This document shows positions 1 to 11,995 of a stretch of 64,000 nt of DNA, one piece after another. A model generated the notes under the pieces. That model was not told the DNA's origin, did not search any database, and worked only from the letters and a program-made list of their open reading frames with translations. This DNA comes from Nitrospirota bacterium (lineage in GTDB: Bacteria; Nitrospirota; Nitrospiria; Nitrospirales; NS-4), in assembly GCA_963788195.1 (NCBI GenBank), contig CAWBGA010000012.1, positions 1 to 64,000 on the forward strand, read 5' to 3'. How positions within the stretch are numbered: the stretch's first letter is position 1; every line of letters starts with the position of its first letter. Made by a program: the position numbers and the translations under genes.

Positions 1-647
1 GCGACGTCGTCAGGCGTGCCGCCGGCAATGCCGGCGCAGCGTTTTCGGAGACGGCTATTCGACCCTGATCAAGCGCGCCGGCCAGGATGGCGTGCTGACG
101 ATCAGGCTCGGCCAGCGCGACGATCTGTCCGCCGCGCATCTGAAGGAGCTGCTCTCCGGCTCGATCGACGTCGTTCGCCGCCGCCTGTTCCAGGTGGTCA
201 AGCCCGAACGGCAGGCCGCCATCCAGCAGGCGATGACTGCAATCACCGGGCCGCCGAGCGCGAGGAGCGGCGCGACTTCCTGCCGGCGCAGCGCACCGTG
301 ATGAAGCTCCACCGCGACGGCATGCTCGGCGAAGGCGCGCTGCTCAATTTTGCCAGGGCCTTCAAATACGAGGAGTCGGTCGCCGCGCTGTCGGCGATGA
401 CCGGCGTCAAGATCGAAACCCTCGACCGCCTGATCAGCGGCGACCGTTACGATCCGATCCTGATCGCCGGGAAAGCCATCGGTCTCGAATGGGCGACCGT
501 GCGCGCGCTGATCCTGCTTCGGCTCGGGCCGAACCGGACGGCGTCCCCGGCCGACATCGAAAGCGCGCGGGTCAATTACGCGCGCCTGATGCCCGCGACC
601 GCCCAGCGCGTCGTCGCGTTCTGGAAGACGCCGCTCGACGGTCTTAG
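1..647 (+). CDS. DUF2336-family protein, 5'-partial, frameshifted
   Basis: C-terminal EESVAALSAMTG...ILIAGKAIGLEWATVRALI...AQRVVAFWK resembles rhizobial DUF2336 proteins; the reading frame is broken by indels. Confidence 0.7.
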
Positions 648-654
648 GCTTCTC

Positions 655-719
655 CGTCATTGCGAGCGAAGCGCAGCGCGCTATCGCTCCGCGCAAAGAT
701 CGCGTGCGCAGCAATGACG
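655..719. repeat. Short palindromic intergenic element (rhizobial REP/RIME-like, degenerate)
   Basis: 9-bp terminal inverted repeats CGTCATTGC (655-663) / GCAATGACG (711-719). The start CGTCATTGCGAGCGAAGC matches a repeat I recall from alphaproteobacterial intergenic regions. Confidence 0.55.
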
Positions 720-806
720 CGTGCCAAAGCATCTCCCCAACGCCGCAGGTCGCGCGCTATGCTTCGCGCCAAAGACGCGACACAGCGTCATCTCGGGGAG
801 CGTAAC

Positions 807-1656
807 ATGCTGACGGACGCCGAGGTTCAAGCCCATGCCGACAGGATCCGCGACGACGGATTCACCGTGATCGAAGCGTGCGGCGCGCGCCGAACTGGTC
901 GAGGGATTGATAACGGCGCTGCAGCGCATCGAGCGCGAGCACCATCTCGGTCCTGCCAAGACGTCGTTCGAAGGTTTCAAGACCGTCCGCATCAACAATC
1001 TCCTCACCTATGACGATCTGTTCTGGGAAGTGCCGCTGCACGACAACGTGCTGCCGGTGGTGGAGCGCGTGCTGGACAAGGAGTGCCTGCTGTCGTCGTT
1101 CTGCTCGCTGGTGCTGGGACCCGGGCAGGAGGCGCAGCCGATCCATGAGGATACGCAGTTGATCCCGCTGCCGCGTCCGCACATCCCGATCACCATCAAT
1201 GCGATCTGGGCGCTGTCGGATTTTCGCGAGGACAATGGCGCGACGCGGATCGTGCCGGGCAGCCACAAATTGGATTCCTCGCCGGAATACGGCCGGGAAT
1301 ATGACGCGGTCACCGCGACGATGAAGGCGGGCAGCGTGATGCTGTTCGACAGCGCGCTGTGGCACGGCGGCGGCGCCAACAACTCCGATGAGCGGCGTTT
1401 TGCATTCTCCTGCGCCTATTGCTGGGGCTGGATGCGGCAGCAGGAGAATTTGCAGCTCGGCATTCCCCAGGAAACCGCAAAGCGCTTCCCGCGGCGCCTG
1501 CAGGAATTATGCGGCTACAGCGTCTACAAGGGACAGTTCGGCCACATCGACAATCACGACCCGATCGAACTGCTGGGCCGCGAGCGCGGCAAGCGCATGG
1601 TGTGGGAAGCGACGGATGCGAAGAAGGCGCGGATGGGCGAGGCGGCGAAGTCGTAG
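807..1656 (+). CDS. Phytanoyl-CoA dioxygenase (PhyH) family Fe(II)/2OG dioxygenase; one frameshift near 880
   Basis: DGFTVIE N-terminus, QPIHED (HxD), NGATRIVPGSH, LWHGGGAN...RRF motifs; GGAG RBS before ATG 807. Confidence 0.85.
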
Positions 1657-1679
1657 CCGCGCATCAACAGCCGGTGCGG

Positions 1680-2100
1680 TCAGCTGACACTGCCGGGCTC
1701 GCTGCCCCTGGCAAATGAAAATCCTTCATCGGCCCAGCCGGTCATGCCGCCGATCATCACTTTCACCCAGCGGCCGAAGCGTGCCGAGCCGCAGGGCGGC
1801 CCTGATCGGTGCCGTTGCAATGCGGGCCGGCGCAATAGACGACGAACAGCGTATCGGCGGGCCATTCCGCCATCTGCGTGCGCAGTCATCTTGCCATGCG
1901 GCAGGTTGATCGGCGCCGGGAACGTGCGACGCCTCGTAGAGTGTGGGCCCGCGCACATCGAGCAGGACGAAATCGATATTGCCGGTGCGCAAGGCGTCAT
2001 GCACGTCCCAGCAATCGGTCTCGAAGGCAAGCCGGCGCGGAATAGTGCTGCGCGACATGCGGCCGGCGCGGCGGCGGCAATTTCGCTGACGGGGCTGCAT
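1680..2100 (-). CDS. Rhodanese-like domain protein (frameshifted)
   Basis: Pieces in several frames: RLAFETDCWDVH, FVLLDVRGP...SHVPGA, INLPHG, VKVMIGGMTGWADEG; divergent from an ftrA-like regulator. Confidence 0.8.
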
Positions 2101-2195
2101 GATCGGCTCCTTTGCTCGGTCGTAATGACGCCGGTTATGCGTGCGAAAGCCGGTTTGCCGCCCATTGGCCATAATGCCATTGTAGCGTCAAGATC

Positions 2196-3201
2196 ATGCC
2201 AAACCACGTCACCAGCAGACCCAAGGGACCGCTGGTCGCCGTGCTCGCCTATGACGGGCTCTGCACCTTCGAGTTCGGCATCGCCTACGAGGTCTTCGGC
2301 CTGCCGCGCCCGGAGATGGGCAGCCGATTGGTATCGCTACGCCGTCTGCGGCGATCGAGCCGGGCCCGCTCCGCGCGGCGGGCGGCCTCGTCGTGTCGCG
2401 GCGACCGAGGCTCGAGCGTGCTGCGCAGGGCCGACCTGATCGTCGTGCCCGGCTGGCGCGGCATCGATGCGCCCGTGCCGCCGATCCTTGATCGCGCGCT
2501 TTGCGCAAAGCGCATGCGCGCGGCGCGCGCATCATGTCGCTGTGCTCGGGCATTGCGGTTCTTGCCGCGTGCGGGTCTGCTCGACGGCCGGCGCGCGACC
2601 ACCCATTGGCGCTATGCGCACTCGATCGCGGCGCGCTATCCCGGCATCCGGCTTGAGCCGGACGTGCTCTATGTCGACGAAGGCGACGTGCTGACGGCGG
2701 CGGGCAGCGCCGCCGGCATCGATCTGTGCCTGCATGTGGTCCGCAAGCGATTTCGGCCCGGAGGCCGCGAACAGCGTCGCACGCCGGCTCGTCGTGCCGC
2801 CGCACCGCGAGGGCGGCCAGGCGCAATTCATTCATCGGCCGGTGTTGCCGAGCGCGAAGAATGCCCGCCTCGGGCCCGCTGATCGACTGGATGCGCGAGC
2901 GCCTCGACCAGCCTCATTCGATCAAGCGTGCTGGCCGACAAGAGCCGGCATGAGCCTGCGCACCTTCCAGCGGCGCTTCGAGGAGGCCACCGGCCTGCCG
3001 CCCGGCGAATGGCTGATTGCCGAGCGGGTGCGGCTTGCGCAGGAGCATCTGGAGACGCAGTCGGCGCGCGCCGCTCGACGATATCGCGGCCACCTGCGGC
3101 TTCGGCTCGCTGGCGACGATGCGCCATCATTTCCGCCGCCGGACGGGAACGACGCCAGCGGCCTATCGGGAGCGATTTTCACTCGCGCGATAGCGGCGTG
3201 A
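2196..3201 (+). CDS. ftrA: FtrA/GlxA-type AraC regulator with DJ-1/PfpI domain (frameshifted)
   Basis: LAYDGLCTFEFGIAYEVFGLPRPE, LLDGRRATTHW, TAAGSAAGIDLCLH, VVPPHREGGQAQF, MSLRTFQRRF HTH. Confidence 0.85.
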
Positions 3202-3207
3202 TGCTTT

Positions 3208-3954
3208 TTATCCGGTCCGCCGAAACCGCAGATACGCCGCCACGCGTCCTTCGCGCTCGGCTTTCCGCCCATAGCGCGTCATCGTGTAGCCGCCCCACGG
3301 CTCGCGCCAGTCGGCGGCGCGCTCGGCCGGTCCAGAAAAAATCCGGCGAGCGCAACAAATGCGCCAGCGTCCAGGCGCAGTAATCGTCGATGTCGCTGAC
3401 GAAGCGAAATTCGCCGTCCGGCTTGAGGATGCGCGCCATCGCGGCGACGGTGGCGTCCTGCACGAAGCGCCGCTTCCAGTGCCGCCGCTTCGGCCAGGGA
3501 TCGGGATGGATCAGGTCGATCCGCGCCATCGATCGCGGCGGCGCCCAGGCCAGCAATTCGGCGGCGTCGCCGGCGTAAGAGGCGGATATTGCCGATGTTG
3601 TGGGCCTCGATCTGCGTCAGGATCTTCGCCATGCCGTTGACATAGGGCTCGCAGCCGATGAACCCGATGTTCGGGAAACGCCTGCGCTTCGGCGATCAGA
3701 TGTTCGCCGCCGCCGAATCCGATTTCGAGCCTGACATCGTCGGGCTTCGACTCGAAGAGCTCGGCGAGATCGTCCGGCGCGGGCGCGCCGATATCGAGCG
3801 CCAGATGCGGCAGCAGATTATCGATCAGGTCGGCCTGATGGATGCGGAGCTTGTGGCCCTTGCGGCGGCCGAAGAACGAGCCGTGCGCATGCGCGACGCC
3901 GCCGTCGTCCGGCGGCGCGTCGCGATCGCCGATATCGCGCGGTGAAGCCGTCAT
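3208..3954 (-). CDS. trmB: tRNA (guanine-N7)-methyltransferase (frameshifted)
   Basis: [44 protein letters not shown] motifs split over frames; ATGA overlap with the upstream gene. Confidence 0.9.
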
Positions 3955-5082
3955 CGCAGCGTCTGGTACAGCCGGTGCAGCAGCCGCGCGCGCGGCTCGA
4001 TCGAGGAGATGTACATCTGCTCGTAATGGGTATGCGCGCCCTGGCCGTCGACGCCGAGGCCGTCGAGCGTTGCGGTGTGGGGTGCGGTGAAATTGCCGTC
4101 GGAGCCGCCGCCGGTAAAGGTGTCGATCAGCTCGAAGCCGATCTCGGCCGCCAGCGTTTTGGCGTGCTCGTACAAGCGCCGCGCCGGCATTGCCCTTCTC
4201 GTAAGGCGGGCGGTTCAGCTCGCCGGTGACCTTGACGCTGACGCCTTCGGTGCTCGATTTCATGCCGAGGATCTTTGGCGACCAGCTCTTCGGCATCGGC
4301 CATCGTCGGCACCCGCAGGTCGACCTCGGCATAGGCCTCTTCGGCGATCACGTTCGGCTTGCGTGCCGCCGCGGACGACGCCGACATTGACGCTGACGCC
4401 GCGCTTGAGGTCGTTCATCGCATCCAGCGCCTGGATGACGTTGCCGAGTTCGCGGATCGCGCTGCGGCCGTCCTCGGGCCGCGTGCCGGCATGCGCCGGC
4501 ACGCCCTTGATGAAGACCTCGAAGCGCGCGACGCCCTTGCGCCCGGTGACGATCTTGCCGCCGTCGCGCGCGGGTTCGGTCACCAGCACATACTTCGCCT
4601 TGCGCCCCTCGGCCTCGATCAGCGCGCGCGAGGTCGGGCTGCCGATCTCTTCGTCGGAGACGTAACAGCTGGGTGATGCCGAGCGGCGATCGTGCGCTGT
4701 CGGCGCAGATCTGCCGGAACGCATGATAGGCGAGATAGGCGCCGCCCTTCATGTCGTAGATGCCGGGGCCGAAGGCGCTGTCGCCCTCGACCTTGAACGG
4801 CAGCCGCTCGATGAATCCCATCGGATGCACGGTATCGAGATGGCTCAGCACCAGGATGCCCGGCGCGTCCTGCCCCCATGACGAGCGCGCGACCAGATGA
4901 TCGCCGCAGCCGTCCTTGCCGGCGATGCGCTCGACCGTCGCGGGCAGGCCGCGATAGCCGTCGGCGACGAGGTCGGCGAGCTTGTTGACCTGTTCGGGCG
5001 CCTCGGTCGGCGTCTCGATTTCGACCCAGCGGCGGATGCCGTCGAGGATCGCGCTGGAATCAAAGGGATTGGCGGTCGTCAT
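3951..5082 (-). CDS. M20 family metallopeptidase (carboxypeptidase G2-like, frameshifted)
   Basis: [41 protein letters not shown] motifs. Confidence 0.88.
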
Positions 5083-5186
5083 CTGTCATCGGCGCAGCTT
5101 TGCCTTCTGGGGAATTCAGCGCCAATGTCATGCGCTCGCGCCGGCGGGCGCGTCAATCGGAACATCCGGTTGATGGCTGGCGGAAA

Positions 5187-5604
5187 TCAGCGCTTGTCGG
5201 GGCCTTCGCGCGCGGCGATCTGCTCGACCAGTTCGACGATACTGCGGCGCATTTTGGCGTCGGTGATGCGCGTGAACGCGCGCGTCAGCGCCAGGCCTTC
5301 GGAGGTCGCGAGGAAATCGGAAACGTAGGCCGGCGAAGCCGCCTTCGCTGAAGCCGTCGGCATTGATCGCGCCGCTCGGTCCGCCGTCGAACAGAAACGA
5401 CACCGGCACCTGCAGGATTTCCGAAATCTGCTGCAGGCGGCTGGCGCCGACCCGGTTGGTGCCCTTTTCGTATTTCTGAACCTGCTGGAATGTGAGGCCC
5501 AACGCTTCGCCAAGTTTCTCCTGGCTCATGCCCAGCATGATGCGACGCATGCGGACACGACTGCCGACATATTTGTCAACAGGGTTTGGCGCTTTGGTGG
5601 ACAT
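5187..5604 (-). CDS. XRE/HTH_3 transcriptional regulator (frameshift near 5340)
   Basis: PNPVDKYVGSRVRMRRIMLGMSQEKLGEALGLTFQQVQKYEKGTNRVGASRL is the conserved alphaproteobacterial XRE protein found next to lnt. Confidence 0.9.
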
Positions 5605-5856
5605 CTCCAACACTCCTGGGATTGCGCGCCGGGGAATGAGGCAAACGTCGAAGTATGCCTCAGGCGCCGGTACCGTCAAATCCTGCTCGGAGGATCGGGT
5701 CGAACTGCGGACAATTTGAGCAATGAACTGACTGGTTCTTGTTTTTGGTTGCGGAACCGCAGAATGCGAATTGCACGGTCGGTCTGTCAACTGGTTAGTG
5801 GATTCGCGCAGGTCGACATTTTCCCGACGACGGCAACAACCGGCAATATGCAGATC

Positions 5857-7472
5857 TCAGGCGTTTCGCCTTGCAAAGCGGCGCCGGATGACCAACAGCA
5901 ACGCAGCGGCCAAAATGATGCCGGCTGGAATGTCTCTAAGACGGGCATAAATCGTCGGCGGCAAGGCGGACGGCAGGTTGGCATCCAGCACGCCTTCGAT
6001 GCCGAGGCCGAGCCGTGCGACAATACGTCCCGACGGATCGATGACGGCTGAAATGCCGGTGTTGGCTGCGCGAACGATGGGCAGGCCTTCTTCGATGGCG
6101 CGCAGCCGCGCCTGCTGCAGATGCTGATAGGGGCCGGTCGAAATTCCGAACCAGCCGTCATTGGTCAGGTTGATGATCCAGCCCGGACGATCGTCGCGCG
6201 TCGTTATGTCGCCGGGAAATATCGCCTCGTAGCAGATCAGCGGCAGCACGCGCGGCGCGTTCGGGATTTCCATGGCGCGGCGGCGCGTGCCCGGGATGAA
6301 TCCGCCCTGCACCTTGGTCAGCTGCACGAAGCCGAGCTTTTCCATCCAGTCCTGGAACGGCAGATATTCGCCGAACGGCACCAGATGCAGCTTGTCGTAG
6401 ACCGACAGCACGCTGCCGTCATGGTCGATGACATAGATCGAGTTGTAGGCGCGGGTGATCCGGACGCCGGGCGGCAGATCGGGCGCGCGCACCGAGCCGG
6501 TGATCAGCATGGTGCCCTTGGGCAGCAGATCGGCGATCTGCGCCATCGCATCGGCTTCGCGCGTCAGGAAGAACGGAAACGCCGATTCCGGCCAGATCAG
6601 AATGTTGGCGTCGCGCACGCCGGTCGATTGCGGCCCGGACGCGCGGTCGGACAGCGCCAGATATTTCTGCATCACCTCCGCCTTGGCGCCGTAGTTGAAT
6701 TTGACGTCCTGCTGCAGGTTGGGCTGCATGATGCGCAGCTTGACCTTGGTCGAGCAGCGGTCGGCTGCAGCGACAGCCGGACGGCGCCGAAGATCGCCCA
6801 TGACAGCGAGCAGCGCCGAGCGCCGCCACCGGCGCGATCCAGGGCTTTCGCCCGCGCGAACTGCCGTCGATCAGCACCGCCGGGCTCGCGAAGATCGCGA
6901 CGCTGAGGAACGTCATGCCCCACAGCCCGATCAGCGACGCCGTCTGCGCCAGCGCCAGCGGCTCGCGACAGCGCGTAGCCGAACGCATTCCACGGAAATC
7001 CCGACAGCAGGTGGCCGCGCAGCCATTCGCTGACGGTCAGGCTGATCGCGAGCGCGAGCAGGCGCGTGGCGTCGCGGGTCCAGATCAGGCGCGCCAGCGC
7101 GAATCCGAGCGCGGTGAACAGCGCCAGATAGGCCGGCAGGCCCAGCACGGCGAACGGCATCAGCCAGGCGAAGGTCGGTGCATCGACCAGGAACGCGTAG
7201 CCGATCCAGTAAAGTCCGGCCACGAAATAGCCGAGGCCGAACCAGAAGCCCGACATCGCCGCCGCCGGCACGCCGCGCCATCGCCCGGCGCCGGCGCCGT
7301 CGATCAGCCAGACCGCGATCGGAAACGTCAGGAACAGCACCGGCCATGCATTGAACGGCGCCATCGCCAGCGCCGACAGCGCGCCGGCCACCAGCGCGAT
7401 GGCGGCGCGCTTCCATCCCCAGGCCAGGATGATCGCAAGACCGGCGGCGCGGAGTTTGTTGGTGGAGATCAC
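5857..7472 (-). CDS. lnt: Apolipoprotein N-acyltransferase (frameshifted)
   Basis: GFPWN, QPNLQQ, IWPESA, YDKLHLVPFGEY, ICYE, NDGWFG, RAANTGIS motifs. Confidence 0.93.
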
Positions 7473-8589
7473 TGCGAGCCGGCTCCATCGCTGGACGATG
7501 GCGGCGCATTGTCGTTGGCCTGCGGCGCGTTGGCATCGGGCGCGGCTTCGCGGCGGCGGCTTTCGCGCTGCGGTGCGCGGCGCGGGCCGTTCCTTGCGGA
7601 CGGCGATGCGCAGCCGCTTGACCCGCCGCGGATCGGCGTCGAGCACTTCGATCTCGAAATTGCCGGGGCCCGAAATGACTTCGCCGCGCACCGGCAGGCG
7701 GCCGACCTGGGCCACCAGATAGCCGCCGAGGGTCGCGACCTCCTCGCCGGCCTCGCCGGTGATGAAATCCTCGCCGATCACCGAGCGGGCGTCCTCGAGG
7801 CTGGCGCGGGCGTCGGCGATGAACGAATTGTCCGCCTGCCGCACGATCGCCGGCGGCTCGTCGCTGTCATGCTCGTCGTCGATCTCGCCGACGATCTGTT
7901 CGACGATGTCCTCGATCGACACCAGCCCGTCGGTGCCGCCATATTCGTCGACCACCAGCGCCAGATGAATGCGCGAGGCCTGCATCTGCGCCAGCAGGTC
8001 GATCGCCCGCATCGACGGCGGCACGAACAGCAGCTTGCGGATGATGTTGGCGTCCGCCAGCGGCATCGCCAGATCGACCGCGCGCAGATCGAGGCCCGGC
8101 CGGGAACGGCTTCTTGCGCTTGGCCTTGCTGGTGTCGCCGACGCGCGCCCTCGCGGTCATGAACGCCAGCAGGTCGCGGATGTGCACGATGCCTTCGGGA
8201 TCGTCGAGGGTCTCGTTGTAGACCACGAGGCGCGAATGCGCCGCGCTCTCGAACAGGCTCATCAATTCGCCGAGCGGAATGTCGCGCTTGACCGCGACGA
8301 TGTCGGCGCGATGCACCATCACGTCGGCGATGCGCCGTTCGTGCAGGCCGAGGATGTTGCGCAGCATGGTGCGCTCGATGGCGGAAAAGCCGACTTCGTC
8401 GGGCGTCGAGGCATCGAGCACGACCTGCAGATCGGCGCGGACCGATCCCGGCTTCCAGCCGAACAGCGTGCGGATGGCGCGGGTCAGCCAGTTGTCGGCG
8501 GCCGGGCGCAGCACTTCGCCTTCCTGCACGACGGCCGGCAGGTTGCGCGTGTTGCGCGGATTGTCGTGGATAGGGTCGGAGTCCGGCAT
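7469..8589 (-). CDS. HlyC/CorC family CBS-domain transporter-associated protein (frameshifted)
   Basis: DVMVHRADIVAV, HSRLVVY, VVDEYGGTDGLVSIEDIVEQIVGEIDDEHD and a CorC_HlyC C-terminus; lies between ybeY and lnt. Confidence 0.9.
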
Positions 8590-8590
8590 G

Positions 8591-9119
8591 TCAGTCCATC
8601 CGCTCCCGGTCCGCATACGGGATCGGGAATGCCGAGTTGCGCGAGGATCTGCTGTTCGAGACTCTCCATGGCTTCGGCGTCGTCGTCTTTTTCGTGATCG
8701 TAGCCGATCAGGTGCAGGAAGCCGTGCACCGCAAGATGGCTGAGATGATGATCGAACGGCTTTTGTTCGTCGTCGGCTTCCTTGCGCGTCGTCTGATAGG
8801 CGATGGCGATATCGCCGAGCATGCGCGGCGCGTCGTCGGGCGTTGCCGCGCCGGTCGGCTGCAGCGCCGGAAACGACAGCACGTTGGTCGGCTTGTCGAT
8901 GCCGCGCCAGTTGCTGTTCAGCGTGCGAATGCCGGCATCGTCGGTCAGCATGACCGCCAGTTCGGCGTCGCCGACATCGGCATCGGCGATTTCGGCCGCG
9001 GCGTCGATGGCGCGATGGATCACCGCCTCGGCGTCGGGCTCGGTCTGCCAGCAATCGGCGACGACGAGGACTTCGGTTACGGGAAGAGCGGAAGACAATT
9101 TCGTTCCAGGGTTTTGCAT
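8591..9119 (-). CDS. ybeY: rRNA maturation endoribonuclease YbeY
   Basis: LNSNWRGIDKPTNVLSF, LGDIAI, HGFLHLIGYDH zinc motif. Confidence 0.93.
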
Positions 9120-9177
9120 AAGCGTCGGTTGCGGCCCGGGCCCGCCTGCTGCGGGCCCAAAGCCGAAGATCTGGCAC

Positions 9178-9690
9178 TCAAGATTTGCCGGTTGCCGGTT
9201 TTTGCGGCAATCCCTCATAGGCGGCGACGATCCGCGCCACCAGTTCATGGCGGATGACGTCCTCGGCGGTGAATTTCACCTGCGCGATGCCCTCGACGCC
9301 GTCGAGCAGCTTGACGGCTTCCGCGAGCCCCGACGTCTGGCCGTTCGGCAGGTCGACCTGCGAGGGATCGCCGGTGATGATCATGCGGCTGTTCTCGCCA
9401 AGCCGGGTCAGGAACATCTTCATCTGCATCGACGTGGTGTTTTGCGCCTCGTCGAGGATGATGACGGCATTGGTCAGCGTGCGGCCGCGCATGAAGGCGA
9501 GCGGCGCGATCTCGATTTCGCCGCCCTGCAGCGCGCGCTCGACCACGCGCGCATCCATCAGATCGTACAGCGCATCATAGATCGGCCGCAGATAGGGATC
9601 GACTTTTTCGCGGAGGTCGCCGGGCAGGAAGCCGAGCCGCTCGCCGGCTTCGACCGCGGGCCGCGACAGGATGATGCGGTCGACTTCCTT
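9178..9690 (-). CDS. phoH: PhoH family ATPase, 5'-truncated at the junction
   Basis: [39 protein letters not shown]; the N-terminal half including Walker A is missing. Confidence 0.9.
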   Translation of the reverse strand, partial: KEVDRIILSRPAVEAGERLGFLPGDLREKVDPYLRPIYDALYDLMDARVVERALQGGEIEIAPLAFMRGRTLTNAVIILDEAQNTTSMQMKMFLTRLGENSRMIITGDPSQVDLPNGQTSGLAEAVKLLDGVEGIAQVKFTAEDVIRHELVARIVAAYEGLPQKPATGKS

Positions 9691-9701
9691 GTAAAACAGC
9701 C

Positions 9702-9886
9702 GAGCTCGCCACCGCACCCGCCCTCCCTGGAGTTTGCCAAGACAAACTCCTTTTCCCCTGACGAGCTCGTTTCTCCCATGGCCCTGAAATCTTTTCGGAA
9801 GGCAACGGGTGCCCCGGGCAGATTTCTTTTCCCCTTTGCACCCGCCCAACCCTGAAATCTGCCAAGACAGATTTCTTTTCCCCTGT
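9702..9886 (-). repeat. Modular hairpin/G-tract repeat, locus 1
   Basis: Hairpins at 9729-9750 (GGAGTTTG-CCAAGA-CAAACTCC) and 9854-9875 (GAAATCTG-CCAAGA-CAGATTTC), an expanded-loop copy at 9786-9826, and shared flanks GCACCCGCCC..CCCTG / CTTTTCCCCT. Confidence 0.85.
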
Positions 9887-9904
9887 CCCAACGGTCGAGA
9901 TCCG

Positions 9905-11137
9905 CTATTCGTAGCGTAATGCGTCGATTGGATTCAACCGGGAGGCCTTGTTCGCGGGGTAGAGACCGAAGAAGACACCGACCATGGCGGAGAAGATGAA
10001 CGCCATAAACATGACCTCGGGGGCGACAATCGTCGGCCACCCGGCAAAGTGTGAAGCGAGCTTGGCGCCGGCTACGCCGATTGCCACCCCGATAAAGCCA
10101 CCAAGAGAGCTGAGGACCACGGCCTCAACCAGGAATTGAAGCAGGATGTGCCAGCGTTTGGCACCCACAGCCATCCGGATGCCGATCTCCCGCGTGCGTT
10201 CCGTCACCGATACTAACAGTATGTTCATGATGCCAATACCGCCCACGAGCAGGGAGACAGAGGCGACCGCCAGGAGCATCAACGTCATGGTTTCTGTCGC
10301 GCCCTCTTGGACTTTGGCCATATCCACCTGGTTGCGAATCGTAAAGTCGTTTTCCTGGTCCGGACGCAATCTATGACGGAGTCGAAGGATTCCCGTGGCT
10401 TCCGCGGCCACCTGTTGCATGTGTTCCGTAGAGTCCGCGGACAAAAACCCGGAGCCGATCGAGCCTTGGAACTTGGTTCCCATGAGTTTTCGCTCAGCGG
10501 TGGTGAACGGGAGGAAGATGACATCATCCTGATCCGTGCCGCGGGTATCGAACCCTTTCGCGGCTAGAGTACCGACGACTTTGAACGGAATGTTTTTGAG
10601 ACGAATCACGCTTCCGACAGGATCTTCTCCGGGGTCATAAAGATTGTCGACCACGGTCCGGCCCACCAGAACCACTTTGGCCGCGGTGTCCATATCTGCC
10701 TGGGTGAAGAAATCCCCCGTCATGACCGACCAATCCCGGATGATCAAGTAAGACGGCGTGACGCCGTTGACGGTCGTAAACCAGTTTTTATTCTCATGGA
10801 CGGCTTGAAGAGCATCGCGCCGGGCCCAGCCGGTGTGCGTGACATTGGGAAGTTTGCCGAGTTCTTCCATGTCCGCGGCCGTCAACGTTACGGCGCCACC
10901 GTGGCCGCTACGCACTCCTCCGACCGTCATGGCCCCAGGGAGCACCATCACCACGTTGGTCCCGAATGTCGCAAGCTGCGCCTGCACCGCCGCTTTCGCG
11001 CCCTGGCCAATGCTCACCATCGCAATGACGGCGCCGACGCCGATGATGATCCCCAGCATGGTCAGCGCGGTTCGCATGCGGTTGCGAGAAAGTACGCGAA
11101 ACGCGACCATGGCCGTCATGCCCAGAAGATTGATCAT
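9905..11137 (-). CDS. MacB-family ABC transporter permease
   Basis: [63 protein letters not shown]. Confidence 0.93.
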   Translation of the reverse strand: MINLLGMTAMVAFRVLSRNRMRTALTMLGIIIGVGAVIAMVSIGQGAKAAVQAQLATFGTNVVMVLPGAMTVGGVRSGHGGAVTLTAADMEELGKLPNVTHTGWARRDALQAVHENKNWFTTVNGVTPSYLIIRDWSVMTGDFFTQADMDTAAKVVLVGRTVVDNLYDPGEDPVGSVIRLKNIPFKVVGTLAAKGFDTRGTDQDDVIFLPFTTAERKLMGTKFQGSIGSGFLSADSTEHMQQVAAEATGILRLRHRLRPDQENDFTIRNQVDMAKVQEGATETMTLMLLAVASVSLLVGGIGIMNILLVSVTERTREIGIRMAVGAKRWHILLQFLVEAVVLSSLGGFIGVAIGVAGAKLASHFAGWPTIVAPEVMFMAFIFSAMVGVFFGLYPANKASRLNPIDALRYE

Positions 11138-11850
11138 TTCACTTGGAGCGCAAAGCGCTCGGCAGGCACTCCGGACCGATCCGAGAGGATCACACCATCC
11201 TTCATTGTGATGATCCGACGGGCATAGCTCGCGATCTCGGACTCGTGGGTCACGAGTATGATGGTGATTTTCTCCTCGGCGTTGAGCTTCATCAAGATCT
11301 CCATGATTTCGCGGGAGGCTTCGCTGTCAAGATTACCGGTCGGCTCATCCGCGAGGATCAGGGCGGGGCTGGTCACCAGCGCGCGCGCGATTGCGACCCG
11401 CTGTTGTTGTCCCCCGGACAGCTGAGAGGGATGATGACGTTCACGTCCCATCAGGCCGACCCGCTCCAAGGCGCCCAGTGCAAGGGCCTGCTGCTCACGA
11501 GACGGCACACCGCGGTAGAACAGGGGCAGTTGCACATTCTCCCGCGCCGTAGTCCGCGGAATCAGATTGAAACTCTGAAACACAAAGCCGATTTTCTTGT
11601 TCCGGATCTCCGCCAGGCGATTGGCATTGAGGGTCGCGACATCGATGCCTTCGAGGAAATACGCCCCGGTCGTGGGCACGTCCAGGCACCCGAGGATATT
11701 CATCAGGGTGGACTTGCCTGATCCTGAGGCGCCCATGATAGCCGCGAAATCGCCCGCCTCTATCTTAAGCGTGATGCCCCGTAAGGCGTGAACGTCGGTC
11801 TCCCCAAACCGGTAAGTCTTCACGAGGTCCTGACAGAAAATCAGACTCAT
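11134..11850 (-). CDS. ABC transporter ATP-binding protein (MacB/LolD type)
   Basis: [38 protein letters not shown]. Confidence 0.95.
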   Translation of the reverse strand: MSLIFCQDLVKTYRFGETDVHALRGITLKIEAGDFAAIMGASGSGKSTLMNILGCLDVPTTGAYFLEGIDVATLNANRLAEIRNKKIGFVFQSFNLIPRTTARENVQLPLFYRGVPSREQQALALGALERVGLMGRERHHPSQLSGGQQQRVAIARALVTSPALILADEPTGNLDSEASREIMEILMKLNAEEKITIILVTHESEIASYARRIITMKDGVILSDRSGVPAERFALQVK

Positions 11851-11995
11851 ATCACACCCACCATTACACCCTCATATCACTCACCCACCCACCCCGCGGC
11901 TGCCAAGACAGCCGCCTTTCCCATGGCCACGAGCTCGCCAAGACAAGCTCTTTCTCCCGTGGCCTGGAATCTGCCAGGACAGATTTATTTTCCCC
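11851..11995 (-). repeat. Modular hairpin/G-tract repeat, locus 2 (three tandem hairpins)
   Basis: GCGGCTG-CCAAGA-CAGCCGC (11896-11915), GAGCTCG-CCAAGA-CAAGCTC (11931-11950), AATCTG-CCAGGA-CAGATT (11968-11985); C-tracts at 11857-11895. Confidence 0.85.

Noticed and set aside
6121..9855. Long plus-strand ORFs opposite lnt/corC/ybeY/phoH (and similar ORFs elsewhere)
   Set aside because: Antisense shadow ORFs typical of GC-rich coding DNA, with no recognisable motifs.
9691..9891. Novel N-terminal extension or fusion on PhoH (ORF 9178..9891)
   Set aside because: The extra residues are a chance translation of the non-coding repeat across the junction.
11896..11985. Hairpin array as a CRISPR array
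   Set aside because: Only the 8-nt loop region is constant, the ~35-nt period is too short for repeat plus spacer, the linkers resemble each other, and no cas genes are present.
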